From the IMG/VR virus record IMGVR_UViG_3300034072_002225, positions 1 through 56,674 of that record: a stretch of DNA of 56,674 bases; one strand, given 5' to 3'. The translations under genes and the position numbers were made by a program. The notes beneath the pieces were generated by a model. The model made no database searches, was not told the origin of the DNA, and worked only from the letters and a program-made list of their open reading frames with translations. Below are positions 1 through 8,290 of this stretch, piece by piece. The number at the start of each line of letters is the position of its first letter. Within the stretch, counting starts at the first letter, position 1. This stretch comes from a virus (taxonomy: Duplodnaviria; Caudoviricetes).

Positions 1-44
1 TCATAATCCGCGTGTCGGGGGTTCAAGTCCCTCCTCCGCTACCA
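1..44 (+). tRNA. 3' half of tRNA-Met (CAT), probably elongator; integration target
   Basis: Anticodon loop TCATAA (CAT at 2-4), T-arm GGGGG-TTCAAGT-CCCTC, acceptor 3' strand CTCCGCT, discriminator A, CCA at 42-44. 5' half lies outside the window. Confidence 0.9.
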
Positions 45-1653
45 GCGATGCAGTCCTCTTTGGCTGTGTCGCTGGCGGCTTCCCCGAAGCAAGCGCCAGC
101 ACGTTCGCCAGGCTCCCCGTAACTTCGATCCTCGCCATGTCCGCCTCGGTTGGTGCGTCCGACACGATCACCTGTCCGATCAACGAGCGGATCACCGGTA
201 GGAACTGTCTCGCCCGGTTGCCGGTCGCCAGTGCGGTGCCGAGCAGGGCAATGCGCCGACGATAGGATTCGACGATCTGCGGGTGCAGGACGATTGGGCG
301 CAGCGCCTGATGCTCGGCAAGCTCGGCCTCAGCCGCCGCCAGCTGCTCCTTCCGTGTGTCGAGCCCCTGCTTGAGCATCGCGACGTCGATCTGGCCGCTG
401 GCCATGGCGTCGACCAGTCGGCCGATTTCGCCCTTCAGCTGGGCGATCCGCTCGCGCACATTGTGGATGTCACCGGCCATCCGCTTTTCTTCGGCAGCCG
501 AGTGTTCATGGTATCGCTTCACCACCGCGGCGACGACGTCGGGCGCGAGCAGCTTGCGCTGCAGCCCGGCCAGTACGCGCTGTTCGAGGCGCTCGGTCGA
601 GACACGGCGGCCATTCGTGCAGCTGCTGCCCGCCTTGCGATCGCCGCAGCCCCAGCGATCCTTGCTGAGCACGGTATAGGCGCCGCCGCATTCCCCACAT
701 CGTACCAGGCCGGAAAAGACGTGCTTCGGCCGCCGCTGGCGATGCGCCGGGACGCCTTCGTTCTCCGCGTGTGCCTTCTGCACGGCATCCCAGCTCGCCT
801 GGTCGATGATGCGGAGCTGCTCGGCCGGCACCATTACCACCGCATCGGCATCGTTCGCGCGCGAGACACGGCGGCGCGTCTCCGGGTTCTTGCGCATCTG
901 CACGCGGTTATAGGCAATCTGGCCGGCATAGGCCGGGTTATGGAGGATCCCGTTGCGGCGGCCGCGCGTGCCGGTGAGCGTCGTCGGCCGCCACATTTCG
1001 CCGCGCGGCGCCGGCACGCGCTCCGCGTTCAAGCGGCGGACGATGGCGATCGGGCTATCGCCGGCGATCGTCTCGGCGAAAATTCGCCGGATGATCGCGG
1101 CCTCTTCCGGCACGATTTCGCGGTGGCCGCGCTCGACAACGCCGTCGACGATCTTCGGCACTGCCCGATAGCCGTAGCACATGCCGCCCGGCACCAGGCC
1201 GCGCTCGACCGTGCCGCGCTGGCCGCGCCGGATCTTGTTCGCGAGCTCCTTCACGAACAGGGCGTTCATGGTCCCCGCCATGCCGACGTGCAGCATGCCG
1301 ATCGGCCCTTCGGACAGGGTGTGCAGCGCGCAATCGGCGAAGGTCAGGCGCTTGTAGATCGCGTCGGTATCGCCCAGATCGCGGGCGACGCGATCCAGGG
1401 CCTCTGCCACGACGATCTGGAAATGCCCCGCCTCGACGTCGGCGAGCAGCTGGTTGAGGCCGGGGCGGGCGGTGGTGGTGCCGCTGATCGCGAGATCCTT
1501 GTAGACCTCGACGACGTCCCAGCCCTGACGCTCAGCGTATTCCCTGCAGGCGCGCGCCTGGTCCTCGGCCGAGCGCGGGTTCTGCAGGTCGGTGGAGAAG
1601 CGGGCGTAGATCGCGGCGCGCGGGCGCGGCGCGGCGTGGGCGGCTGGTTTCAT
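1..1653 (-). CDS. Large serine recombinase (phage integrase)
   Basis: AAIYARFST catalytic Ser motif, LDRVAR, recombinase domain, CGECG..C..C zinc ribbon, coiled coil. Start probably ATG 1653 (ORF open to 1713). Stop falls in the tRNA anticodon loop. Confidence 0.93.
   Translation of the reverse strand: MKPAAHAAPRPRAAIYARFSTDLQNPRSAEDQARACREYAERQGWDVVEVYKDLAISGTTTARPGLNQLLADVEAGHFQIVVAEALDRVARDLGDTDAIYKRLTFADCALHTLSEGPIGMLHVGMAGTMNALFVKELANKIRRGQRGTVERGLVPGGMCYGYRAVPKIVDGVVERGHREIVPEEAAIIRRIFAETIAGDSPIAIVRRLNAERVPAPRGEMWRPTTLTGTRGRRNGILHNPAYAGQIAYNRVQMRKNPETRRRVSRANDADAVVMVPAEQLRIIDQASWDAVQKAHAENEGVPAHRQRRPKHVFSGLVRCGECGGAYTVLSKDRWGCGDRKAGSSCTNGRRVSTERLEQRVLAGLQRKLLAPDVVAAVVKRYHEHSAAEEKRMAGDIHNVRERIAQLKGEIGRLVDAMASGQIDVAMLKQGLDTRKEQLAAAEAELAEHQALRPIVLHPQIVESYRRRIALLGTALATGNRARQFLPVIRSLIGQVIVSDAPTEADMARIEVTGSLANVLALASGKPPATQPKRTASLVAEEGLEPPTRGL
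31..44 (+). repeat. attL core CTCCTCCGCTACCA
   Basis: Exact 14-bp copy at 48814..48827; identical to the tRNA 3' end. Confidence 0.9.
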
Positions 1654-1756
1654 GCTCGGGTCTCTCGGGCGATTCGACGCGCGCAGCATCCTCGCTTGCC
1701 ATGTCTTCGGCAATGGCGAGCGCCAGATCTAAAATATCGAACGCCGGCGCCGTCAT
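1532..1756 (-). CDS. Small protein overlapping the integrase 5' end (candidate recombination directionality factor)
   Basis: ATG 1756 overlaps the upstream stop (ATGA); MTAPAFDILDLALAIAEDMASEDAA.. 74 aa; runs out of frame into int. Confidence 0.5.
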   Translation of the reverse strand: MTAPAFDILDLALAIAEDMASEDAARVESPERPEHETSRPRRAAPARRDLRPLLHRPAEPALGRGPGARLQGIR

Positions 1757-2196
1757 GCGATCACCGGCACGGTGGGGGTGAAGGGCAGGGGCGGCAGCGC
1801 ACGATCGCGGCGCGCGTAGAAGGCGCGGAAATAGATGATCCACTCCAGGATCCAGCGGACGCCGGCGCGGCGGGATTCGAGATAGGCGTTGCCGGGCTTG
1901 GCGCGGCAGGCCTGGTCGCGGCCGACGAGCGCACGATCGGCGGCCGCCTCGAGCTCGCGCCATTCCTCGGCGCCGGCGCCGGCGGCGAACAGCGCGGCGA
2001 TCGCGCGCCAGGCGCGCAGATCGGCGGTAGCCTCGCCCTGCTCGATCTCGCGACGTTCGATCATGGCGGGGTAGTGTTTCTCGCGAAGCGCGAGCTCCTG
2101 GGCGGCCACAGCGGCCAGCAGCGGGAGCGCGGCGCAGGAAAAGGGCGCGCCCGTCCGGTGCATCGGGATCGATGCATGGGGGGCGCTGGTGGTCAT
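1753..2196 (-). CDS. Hypothetical phage protein
   Basis: ATGA-coupled to neighbours; helical, plausible composition. Confidence 0.7.
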   Translation of the reverse strand: MTTSAPHASIPMHRTGAPFSCAALPLLAAVAAQELALREKHYPAMIERREIEQGEATADLRAWRAIAALFAAGAGAEEWRELEAAADRALVGRDQACRAKPGNAYLESRRAGVRWILEWIIYFRAFYARRDRALPPLPFTPTVPVIA

Positions 2197-2552
2197 GCGT
2201 GGGCCTTGCGCAGCGCTTGAAGCCGCAGCCACTCACCGAAGGTCTCACCACAGTCGGCATCGAGATACTGCTGATACCGCTGCTGCGACCGCGTCAGTTT
2301 CGGTGGCGGCGGGCTGTTCGCTGCCATCCAGGCGCGTCCCTCGTCCGTGACGAAGAACAGATCGTCCCCGCCATACATCGCGACGGCGCGGCGGACCTTC
2401 ATCAGCCCGCGCTCGACGAGGCTGTTGCAGGTTGCGTGATCCGCGCTTCCCTCGCCGGTGCAGAAATGGTTGCGGTACTGCTGACCACGCCCATGCTGGT
2501 CGACGCCGAGCGCGTGCTGCAGGATGTGCAGGTCGTTATCCATGCGGGTCAT
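2193..2552 (-). CDS. Hypothetical phage protein (HALG..YRNHF.. type, wHTH-like)
   Basis: 119 aa, coupled overlaps on both sides. Confidence 0.75.
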   Translation of the reverse strand: MTRMDNDLHILQHALGVDQHGRGQQYRNHFCTGEGSADHATCNSLVERGLMKVRRAVAMYGGDDLFFVTDEGRAWMAANSPPPPKLTRSQQRYQQYLDADCGETFGEWLRLQALRKAHA

Positions 2553-3001
2553 CCCTCGGCGAGCTCTAAGCGAGGAGGGTCGGCGCGATACACCAGCGCG
2601 ACCTGCGGCTGGTCGACGCCGATCGCGATAAGCTCGGTGTCGCCTACCTCGGTGCCGCCGACTTCGCCAAGGACCTGCCGCAGGCCAGTCTCGTCATGGG
2701 CGACGCTGTCGTAATTCCAGCCAAGCCCTTCGCCGAAGCGAACCGCGAGGATCGACGCATCGGCGGGAAGCGGGCGGTCGAACGTCCACTCACCGCCTTC
2801 GCGGCGGGTCGCGACGATATCGTCGCCCCAGGCGACGACCGAGGCGGTGAACGTCTCTCCGTCGCGGGCGGGCTCGGGACGGTTCCAGTCCTCGGCCGGC
2901 TTCGACAGCCACTCCGCCCAGCCCTCTAGCGTGGTGTCGCACGGGAGCACCTCGTCGTTCCAGGGATCGAGATAGTAGCTGGTTTCGGGAAGCGAGATCA
3001 T
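2549..3001 (-). CDS. Hypothetical acidic protein
   Basis: 150 aa, ATGA coupling. Confidence 0.75.
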   Translation of the reverse strand: MISLPETSYYLDPWNDEVLPCDTTLEGWAEWLSKPAEDWNRPEPARDGETFTASVVAWGDDIVATRREGGEWTFDRPLPADASILAVRFGEGLGWNYDSVAHDETGLRQVLGEVGGTEVGDTELIAIGVDQPQVALVYRADPPRLELAEG

Positions 3002-5202
3002 TCCGCCGCCTCCTCGAGATCGGCTTCGCCGTCCTCGTCTTCCAGGCCCTCGCCGTCGTCATATTCGTCGTCGAGATCGTCGAGGCGTTCGGTTCGTTTC
3101 TCGGCCGAGCTGAGCGGCGCGACGGTGTGGGTGTCCAGCCACTCGGGGCGCCAGGTCGAAATCTCGCCGCGATCGCCATCGCCGATGCCGAGCTTCTGCG
3201 CGTCGAGCTCGTCCTCGGGGGATTCCGCCCGGGCCGCGCGGATTACGCGGGCGCAGAAGGCGGCGCTGTCGCCCTTCTTCAGGGTCTTCGCGCGATCGCC
3301 GAGGCCCCATTCCTCGAGCAGCTGCAGGCGCTGCTTGTGGCTGATCAGTTCGAAGAAGGCCTGGTCGAAGATCGCGATGTCGTACCAAGGTGCGGCGCAG
3401 TCCTCGTCTTCCAGCGTGTTGGCCAGTTCGTCGATCATGCGGGGCGCGCGGCCGTCGCCGTAATAGCTGGTGGTGGCGAGCAGGCTGTGCCCGGCGGCGA
3501 TCGCGGCGGCCTGTTGCAGGGTCTTCTCGCCCGCGTTGCAGAATTCCACCCAACCGTCGATCGGATCGTCGGCGGTGACCCAGGGTTCTGCGGCGAGCCT
3601 GGTCATGGCTTCGCGCCATTCCGCGCCGACCGTCAGCGTCTCGAACAGCTTCCGCACCGACGATGGCGCCTTCATGCCGGTCGATTCCTGATCGGCGGGC
3701 GTTTCGATGCCCTGGGCGTGGCCGGAGAAGGTTGGGCGCTTGTCGTACGTTTCGCCGCTAGGGCGCAGGATGGAGCGGGCCTGCGAATAGACCAGGAAGT
3801 CGAGCGCGGCACCCCCGGCAGCGGTCAGCACCAGCTGAACCCGGAGCATCTCGCGGCGATACATCAGCATCGCCTGCATCGCGTCCTTGGTCAGGCCCCA
3901 GGCGGCGCGCTGGCGCTCCTCGGGCGACTTGGCGCCGCCGGCGGCGCGCGTGCTGGCTCCCTTTGGTGTGACGAGGCCAGCCTCGGTGCGGTTCGCGAAC
4001 CACAGGGAGAAGGTGACGCGGCCGTTGGCCTCGACCTTCGGCACGCCGACGATCTGGCCCTTCTTCGGAAGCGGGATCGGGCGCTGGTCGTTCAGCGCAT
4101 CCAGCTCTGCGCGAAGATCCTGATATTCCCGATCCAGCCCCGGGTCGTTGCGCTGGCCTGGCTGCTGAAGCTGGCGCAGCCGCAGCTCGATTTCCTTCGC
4201 CCGCTTTTCCTGTGCCTCCTCCGGGAGCCTGCCCGGGTTCTCGTGGAACTTCAGGTTCCAATCCAGAGAGGTATAGCCGTGCTGGGTGATGGTGGGTGCG
4301 GCATCCGCCCACTCGAATTGGAGGTTCTCCTTCAGGTTCTCAGGCGAGCCCGTGATTGCGACCGTCTTCCCGCGGATCAGCCGCGACGTGTAGGCCCGCT
4401 TAGCCTCGGCGATCTTCTCGTTCGCGAGGCGGCGGAGAATGTCCTCGTGCTCGACGATGCCGGTGTTCGGCTCCTGGGCGAACAGGTCGACGGTGAACAC
4501 GCCGCCGGCGGCGACATAGGCGTCCAGGCCGACCAGGTTGAGCAGCGCGCGGTGCTCGTCCAGGCCGACCTTCATCGCGTCCTTGATGTGCCGGGGAAAG
4601 TGCTGATTGGCCGGCAGCTGCGACAGGTGCTCGTAGACCTGCAGCTGCAGCGCCTGGTCCTCGGTGGCGGCATAGGCATAAGCCTGCTCGTCGTTCAGCG
4701 CGCCGGCGTCATAGGCGGCGAACACCGTGGGGTGCAGATAGGCCAGCCGCAGGATGCGGGCGACGCGCGCCGGATCGAGCGAGAAATGCTTGGCTAGGTC
4801 CGCATCGGTGATCGCGGGATCGCGCTCGCGGATCTGGCGAAAGGCCGCATAGATCTCCGGCGCCCGCATTGCCTCCCGCACATAGTTTTCGTGCAGGCTG
4901 ATCTCGGTGAGCTCGGCATCGGTGCCGTCGAGGATTGTCACCGGGATCGCGTCGAAGTCGAAGTCGGCGCCGTCCTTCTTCAGCTTCTGGATCGCGTGCC
5001 AGCGGCGGCTGCCGGCCAGCACGCCGAGTTTGCCCTTGGGCAGGCCCGCGCCCTTGTGGACCGCGATCGGCTGGATCAGTCCGCGCGCTGCGATCGATGC
5101 GGCGATCTGATCGATGATCGCCGCATCGGGCGTCTTCTCGCGCACGTTGAGGGGAGACTTGGCGAGCAGGGACAGCTTCGCCGTTGCGATGGTAGACTTC
5201 AT
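2998..5202 (-). CDS. Large ParB/RepB/Spo0J-family protein
   Basis: SPLNVR..IAASIAARGLIQPIAV..AGSRR..EISLHENYVRE ParB N-domain followed by HTH; acidic tail. Confidence 0.85.
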   Translation of the reverse strand: MKSTIATAKLSLLAKSPLNVREKTPDAAIIDQIAASIAARGLIQPIAVHKGAGLPKGKLGVLAGSRRWHAIQKLKKDGADFDFDAIPVTILDGTDAELTEISLHENYVREAMRAPEIYAAFRQIRERDPAITDADLAKHFSLDPARVARILRLAYLHPTVFAAYDAGALNDEQAYAYAATEDQALQLQVYEHLSQLPANQHFPRHIKDAMKVGLDEHRALLNLVGLDAYVAAGGVFTVDLFAQEPNTGIVEHEDILRRLANEKIAEAKRAYTSRLIRGKTVAITGSPENLKENLQFEWADAAPTITQHGYTSLDWNLKFHENPGRLPEEAQEKRAKEIELRLRQLQQPGQRNDPGLDREYQDLRAELDALNDQRPIPLPKKGQIVGVPKVEANGRVTFSLWFANRTEAGLVTPKGASTRAAGGAKSPEERQRAAWGLTKDAMQAMLMYRREMLRVQLVLTAAGGAALDFLVYSQARSILRPSGETYDKRPTFSGHAQGIETPADQESTGMKAPSSVRKLFETLTVGAEWREAMTRLAAEPWVTADDPIDGWVEFCNAGEKTLQQAAAIAAGHSLLATTSYYGDGRAPRMIDELANTLEDEDCAAPWYDIAIFDQAFFELISHKQRLQLLEEWGLGDRAKTLKKGDSAAFCARVIRAARAESPEDELDAQKLGIGDGDRGEISTWRPEWLDTHTVAPLSSAEKRTERLDDLDDEYDDGEGLEDEDGEADLEEAAE

Positions 5203-5250
5203 GTGCCGTCCTTCAGTGCTGTGCGGCCGATTCCCCGGCCGCTGGGGGGA

Positions 5251-5652
5251 TTATTCGGCGGCGATCGCGTCCTCGGCGCGGGCCTCGCGGCGGGCGAGCG
5301 TCAGCAGGCGGGCGCGGATCGAATTGGGCGGGCGGCCGGTGCGGCGCATGATGTCGCACACGCGGACACCCTGGCTGCGCAGTGCCACCAGCAAGGCGTC
5401 TTCTTCCGGCGTGAAGGGCCGGACGACATGTCCGCCCCGGCCATAGGGCTCGACCGGCTGGGTGCAGATGCCGCGCTTCTGCGGCGGCGCATCGGCGCCG
5501 AACGACATGCATTGCCAGTCGATCGCGCTGGGGCTGATCGGCGTGCCGGCATCGGTGAAGTGCCTGGCGATCTGGTTGATCGTCCAGCCGTCTTCGCGCA
5601 GCGTGCACATTTCGTCGATCTGCGCGTCGGACAGGGTGCGCTTGCCGCCCAT
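5251..5652 (-). CDS. Double HTH (Myb/GcrA-N-like) DNA-binding protein
   Basis: Two repeats: LSDAQIDEMCTLREDGWTINQIARHF and FTPEEDALLVALRSQG..IMRRTGRPPNSIRARL. Confidence 0.75.
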   Translation of the reverse strand: MGGKRTLSDAQIDEMCTLREDGWTINQIARHFTDAGTPISPSAIDWQCMSFGADAPPQKRGICTQPVEPYGRGGHVVRPFTPEEDALLVALRSQGVRVCDIMRRTGRPPNSIRARLLTLARREARAEDAIAAE

Positions 5653-5653
5653 G

Positions 5654-5839
5654 TCAGCCCTCCACCTTGGCGGATGCGGGCAGGAGATCCTCGCGGACGT
5701 AGCGGACGCCGTGGTGATCCTCCTTCCAGGATGCGGGCATCTCGGCGCTCGGCCACCAGATGGACGGGCCGTGGCTGCCCATGACGAGCGTGATGGATTC
5801 CGGCGCCTCGCGCGGCTCCAGCTTGGTGAATTCGGTCAT
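5654..5839 (-). CDS. Hypothetical protein (61 aa)
   Basis: MTEFTKLEPREAPESITL..; ATGA overlap with the upstream stop at 5836. Confidence 0.6.
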   Translation of the reverse strand: MTEFTKLEPREAPESITLVMGSHGPSIWWPSAEMPASWKEDHHGVRYVREDLLPASAKVEG

Positions 5840-6138
5840 CCTGCGGTGCTCCCAGGCTGTTGCCGGCTGGCGCGATGCACCTCGCGGCCGAGTGGCGTCG
5901 CTTCGATGAAATTGCGCAGCGGCGAATTGAGGAACGGGCCGTCGCGCAGATCCCGCGTGGTGATCAGGCCCTTGCGGAGCAGCGCGGCGAAGGTCCCGCG
6001 GCGCGCGCCGATGTTGCGCGACAGATCGGCCCAGGTGCGCGGGCCGTGCTGCACACCGGACAGCAACAGGCGCATCGGGGCAGACAGGCGTGCCGCGGCA
6101 CGCGCGCGATCCAGGCGAGTGGCGCGATCGCGTTTCAC
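5836..6138 (-). CDS. Hypothetical protein, winged-helix-like
   Basis: GTGA overlap at 6135-6138; TWADLSRNIG..TFAALLRKGLI..TPLGRE pattern. Confidence 0.6.
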   Translation of the reverse strand: MKRDRATRLDRARAAARLSAPMRLLLSGVQHGPRTWADLSRNIGARRGTFAALLRKGLITTRDLRDGPFLNSPLRNFIEATPLGREVHRASRQQPGSTAG

Positions 6139-6431
6139 TCGGCCGCCTCCGCCTCGCCGCGTTCGCCCATCTGGGCGGCGATGCGGGCATAGGCGCGGGC
6201 GGCGCGGGCGGCGGGGCCGTTGGCCTGCTCCGCCGGCTTGCGACCGAGCACCTTGAGGATGTGCGCCTCGGTCCGCTTGGCCAGATGCGACAGGTTCTGG
6301 CGGCGCAGCTTGCCCAGATGATTGCGCAACAGGGCAGGCGCCTCGCCCCAGCATTCGGCGCAGACGATCATCCAGTTCTCGCGCGTCCCGGTGCAGCCAC
6401 GGCGCCGGCAGGTGTAGCGGCGCGCCGTCAT
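6135..6431 (-). CDS. Small Cys-rich (C-x4-C..CxxCW) protein
   Basis: YTCRRRGC..VCAECW; ATGA coupling. Confidence 0.7.
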   Translation of the reverse strand: MTARRYTCRRRGCTGTRENWMIVCAECWGEAPALLRNHLGKLRRQNLSHLAKRTEAHILKVLGRKPAEQANGPAARAARAYARIAAQMGERGEAEAAE

Positions 6432-6532
6432 GCCGCCGGCGTCCAGGCGACGATGATGATCGCCATCGCGCAGACGATGCCGATCATGCAGAGCACGGCC
6501 AGCGCGAGCTCAATGCGGCTAGCCTTGCGCAT
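6428..6532 (-). CDS. Small single-TM protein (34 aa)
   Basis: MRKASRIELALAVLCMIGIVCAMAIIIVAWTPAA; TGATG overlap with upstream ORF. Confidence 0.6.
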   Translation of the reverse strand: MRKASRIELALAVLCMIGIVCAMAIIIVAWTPAA

Positions 6533-7455
6533 CAGCGTGCCTTTCCGATCAGGGTGCCGGTCCGCGCGGTCAGCAACCGGGCGAGGAAGCGCGGCGCGAG
6601 ACGAAGCAGCAGCGCAACGGCGCCGGCCTGCCACCAGGGCAGGCGGGCCGGGCCGGTATCACCGAAGCGATCGCGATCGGCGCGCAAATGGAAGCCGCGC
6701 CAGCGCTGCGGCTGGCGCAGGACGTTGGGGCCGGAGACCATGGACACGGTGGGGCGAAGTCGTCGCCGAAGTGCCGGGTCGATGGACTCGATTCGACGGC
6801 GTGCTAGCGTGCCGCGATTATCCGAGGGGGAATCATCATGGACGCGGTAGAGATCTTTCCGCTTGGCAATGTCGGCTTCCGGCGCGTCTCGGCCGATGGC
6901 GTGAAGCATGTCGGCATCGAGTTGACCGATCAGGCCACTGGTGGCTGCACGATCATCTGGTTTGAGGAGCGACTGTTCATCGGCTTCGCCGAGCACCTGT
7001 CGATGATCGGCGACGAGATCCTTCGAGAGTATCCGGCGCCCCGAATCTAGCGCGACCTTCTTCGTGTAAAATGGGGCGCGGCGGGTGTCCGGCGCAGGGA
7101 TCGGATTTTCCGATATGGTGAAGCTGCGGGGCTGGGTGGGAAACCAGCGCCGCTGGCATCCGCCGCCGTCCTGTACCTTGCGAGGGATGAAGCCTCGCGC
7201 GGCCAGCGCGCGGCCGAGCGCAAGATTGCTGTCGGTCCAGCCGAGAGCCGCGCGCGCTTCCTCAAGCGAGACCCCCGAATCGCGCGCCGCGAGATCGGCC
7301 AGCGCCTGCTCCGCCGATGCTTCGGCTGCCTTTGCCTGGCAGTTGCACAGCCAAGGAAAGGTTTCGCCGAACCGCGGGCAAGCAGCCGTGTGCCCTGGGC
7401 GATCGGCCAGCGGAATACCGAGCCGGTCAAAGTGCTGCTGATTTGTGAGTGCCAT
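6532..7455 (-). CDS. First gene of the early-left operon, hypothetical (hosts a nested antisense ORF)
   Basis: GGAGG RBS before ATG 7455, directly downstream of PL; 3' end coupled to next gene; central part reads like an antisense shadow. Confidence 0.55.
   Translation of the reverse strand: MALTNQQHFDRLGIPLADRPGHTAACPRFGETFPWLCNCQAKAAEASAEQALADLAARDSGVSLEEARAALGWTDSNLALGRALAARGFIPRKVQDGGGCQRRWFPTQPRSFTISENPIPAPDTRRAPFYTKKVALDSGRRILSKDLVADHRQVLGEADEQSLLKPDDRAATSGLIGQLDADMLHAIGRDAPEADIAKRKDLYRVHDDSPSDNRGTLARRRIESIDPALRRRLRPTVSMVSGPNVLRQPQRWRGFHLRADRDRFGDTGPARLPWWQAGAVALLLRLAPRFLARLLTARTGTLIGKAR
6838..7050 (+). CDS. Nested antisense 70-aa protein
   Basis: GAGGGGG RBS, GC3-rich codons, globular composition; candidate promoter TGGACT-N16-TAGCGT at 6783..6810. 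Confidence 0.65.
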   Translation: MDAVEIFPLGNVGFRRVSADGVKHVGIELTDQATGGCTIIWFEERLFIGFAEHLSMIGDEILREYPAPRI

Positions 7456-7483
7456 GATGCGCCTCCGGTTGAACCGGAGACGT

Positions 7484-7536
7484 AAAAATCACATCACAAT
7501 GTGTTTTGCAACCAGATTATCACATTTGCATGTGAA
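7484..7536 (-). promoter_or_regulatory. PL promoter with two operators (7488..7505, 7519..7536)
   Basis: ATCACAT-N4-ATGTG(T/A)(T/A) palindromes; TTGCAA -35 at 7506..7511 with an operator filling the spacer. Confidence 0.75.
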
Positions 7537-7537
7537 C

Positions 7538-8218
7538 TCAAACGAAGCGGGGCTTGTAGCCCCCGATAACCAGGCCCACGATCTCGATCGTATCAACGTG
7601 GTCGCCGGGCGTTTCCACATTGATCGGAAGTTGGTGTTCCGGATGCGTCGAGCGCGGCCAAAGCCAGCGCCGGCCATCGTCATCGACTCGCAGTTCCTTG
7701 ACCGTCGCCTCGATCGTGCCGTCGAACATGTGAAGATAGACAATCACATGGTCCTGATCGCGCGGAGGTCGGATGTCGAGCATGGGTACCCAGATGACCA
7801 GCGATCGATCAGGATACTCCATGTTCATCGAAGGCCCGCGGACTTCCAGGGCCTTGGCTTTTCGACGGAACCGCTCTTCTATGGGCACGTCTACCGCGTA
7901 CCAGAGGGAGCGGTCCCACTCTATCGCCTCGCGAAACTTTCCTGCTTCCACGCTTCCAACAACCCAAATGGAGGTAGGGCTCGGCGGCTCCGGTTCGTCG
8001 CCGTTCAACTTCCATACCGGTACCTGGGCTGTTCGTGCCAGCTTCGCATAGGTCATCTGATCCAGCGCTTCCGAATGGCCGTTCAGGAAGTTGTAGATCG
8101 AGTTGGCGGACACAGCGGACTGTTTTGCCCAACTGGCCGTCTTCAAGCCTCGCTCGTTCATGAAGCGACGAAGGATGTCGCGACGTTCGTCTGCAGTTCT
8201 GACCATGCGGCGCATCAT
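7538..8218 (-). CDS. cI: CI-like repressor (HTH + S24 autopeptidase)
   Basis: N-terminal HTH, VEAG cleavage site, VRGPSMN Ser, ATVKEL Lys. Start 8218 or 8206. Confidence 0.9.
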   Translation of the reverse strand: MMRRMVRTADERRDILRRFMNERGLKTASWAKQSAVSANSIYNFLNGHSEALDQMTYAKLARTAQVPVWKLNGDEPEPPSPTSIWVVGSVEAGKFREAIEWDRSLWYAVDVPIEERFRRKAKALEVRGPSMNMEYPDRSLVIWVPMLDIRPPRDQDHVIVYLHMFDGTIEATVKELRVDDDGRRWLWPRSTHPEHQLPINVETPGDHVDTIEIVGLVIGGYKPRFV

Positions 8219-8229
8219 AGGCGCACGCA

Positions 8230-8283
8230 TTCCCATCCTGATGTGATTGCGCGCTTGCAAATCACATTCTGATGTGGTTTTTA
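8230..8283 (+). promoter_or_regulatory. PR promoter with two operators (8230..8247, 8261..8278)
   Basis: TTCCCAT-CCTG-ATGTGAT and ATCACAT-TCTG-ATGTGGT; TTGCAA at 8255..8260; same architecture as PL. Confidence 0.75.
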
Positions 8284-8290
8284 GCCGCCC

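Noticed and set aside
283-2220. Long opposite-strand ORFs (e.g. 283..2220, 3127..4797, 23433..26081, 31272..32987, 32997..35057, 34384..36156)
   Set aside because: Antisense shadows of clear high-GC genes: no RBS, no motifs, typical shadow composition.
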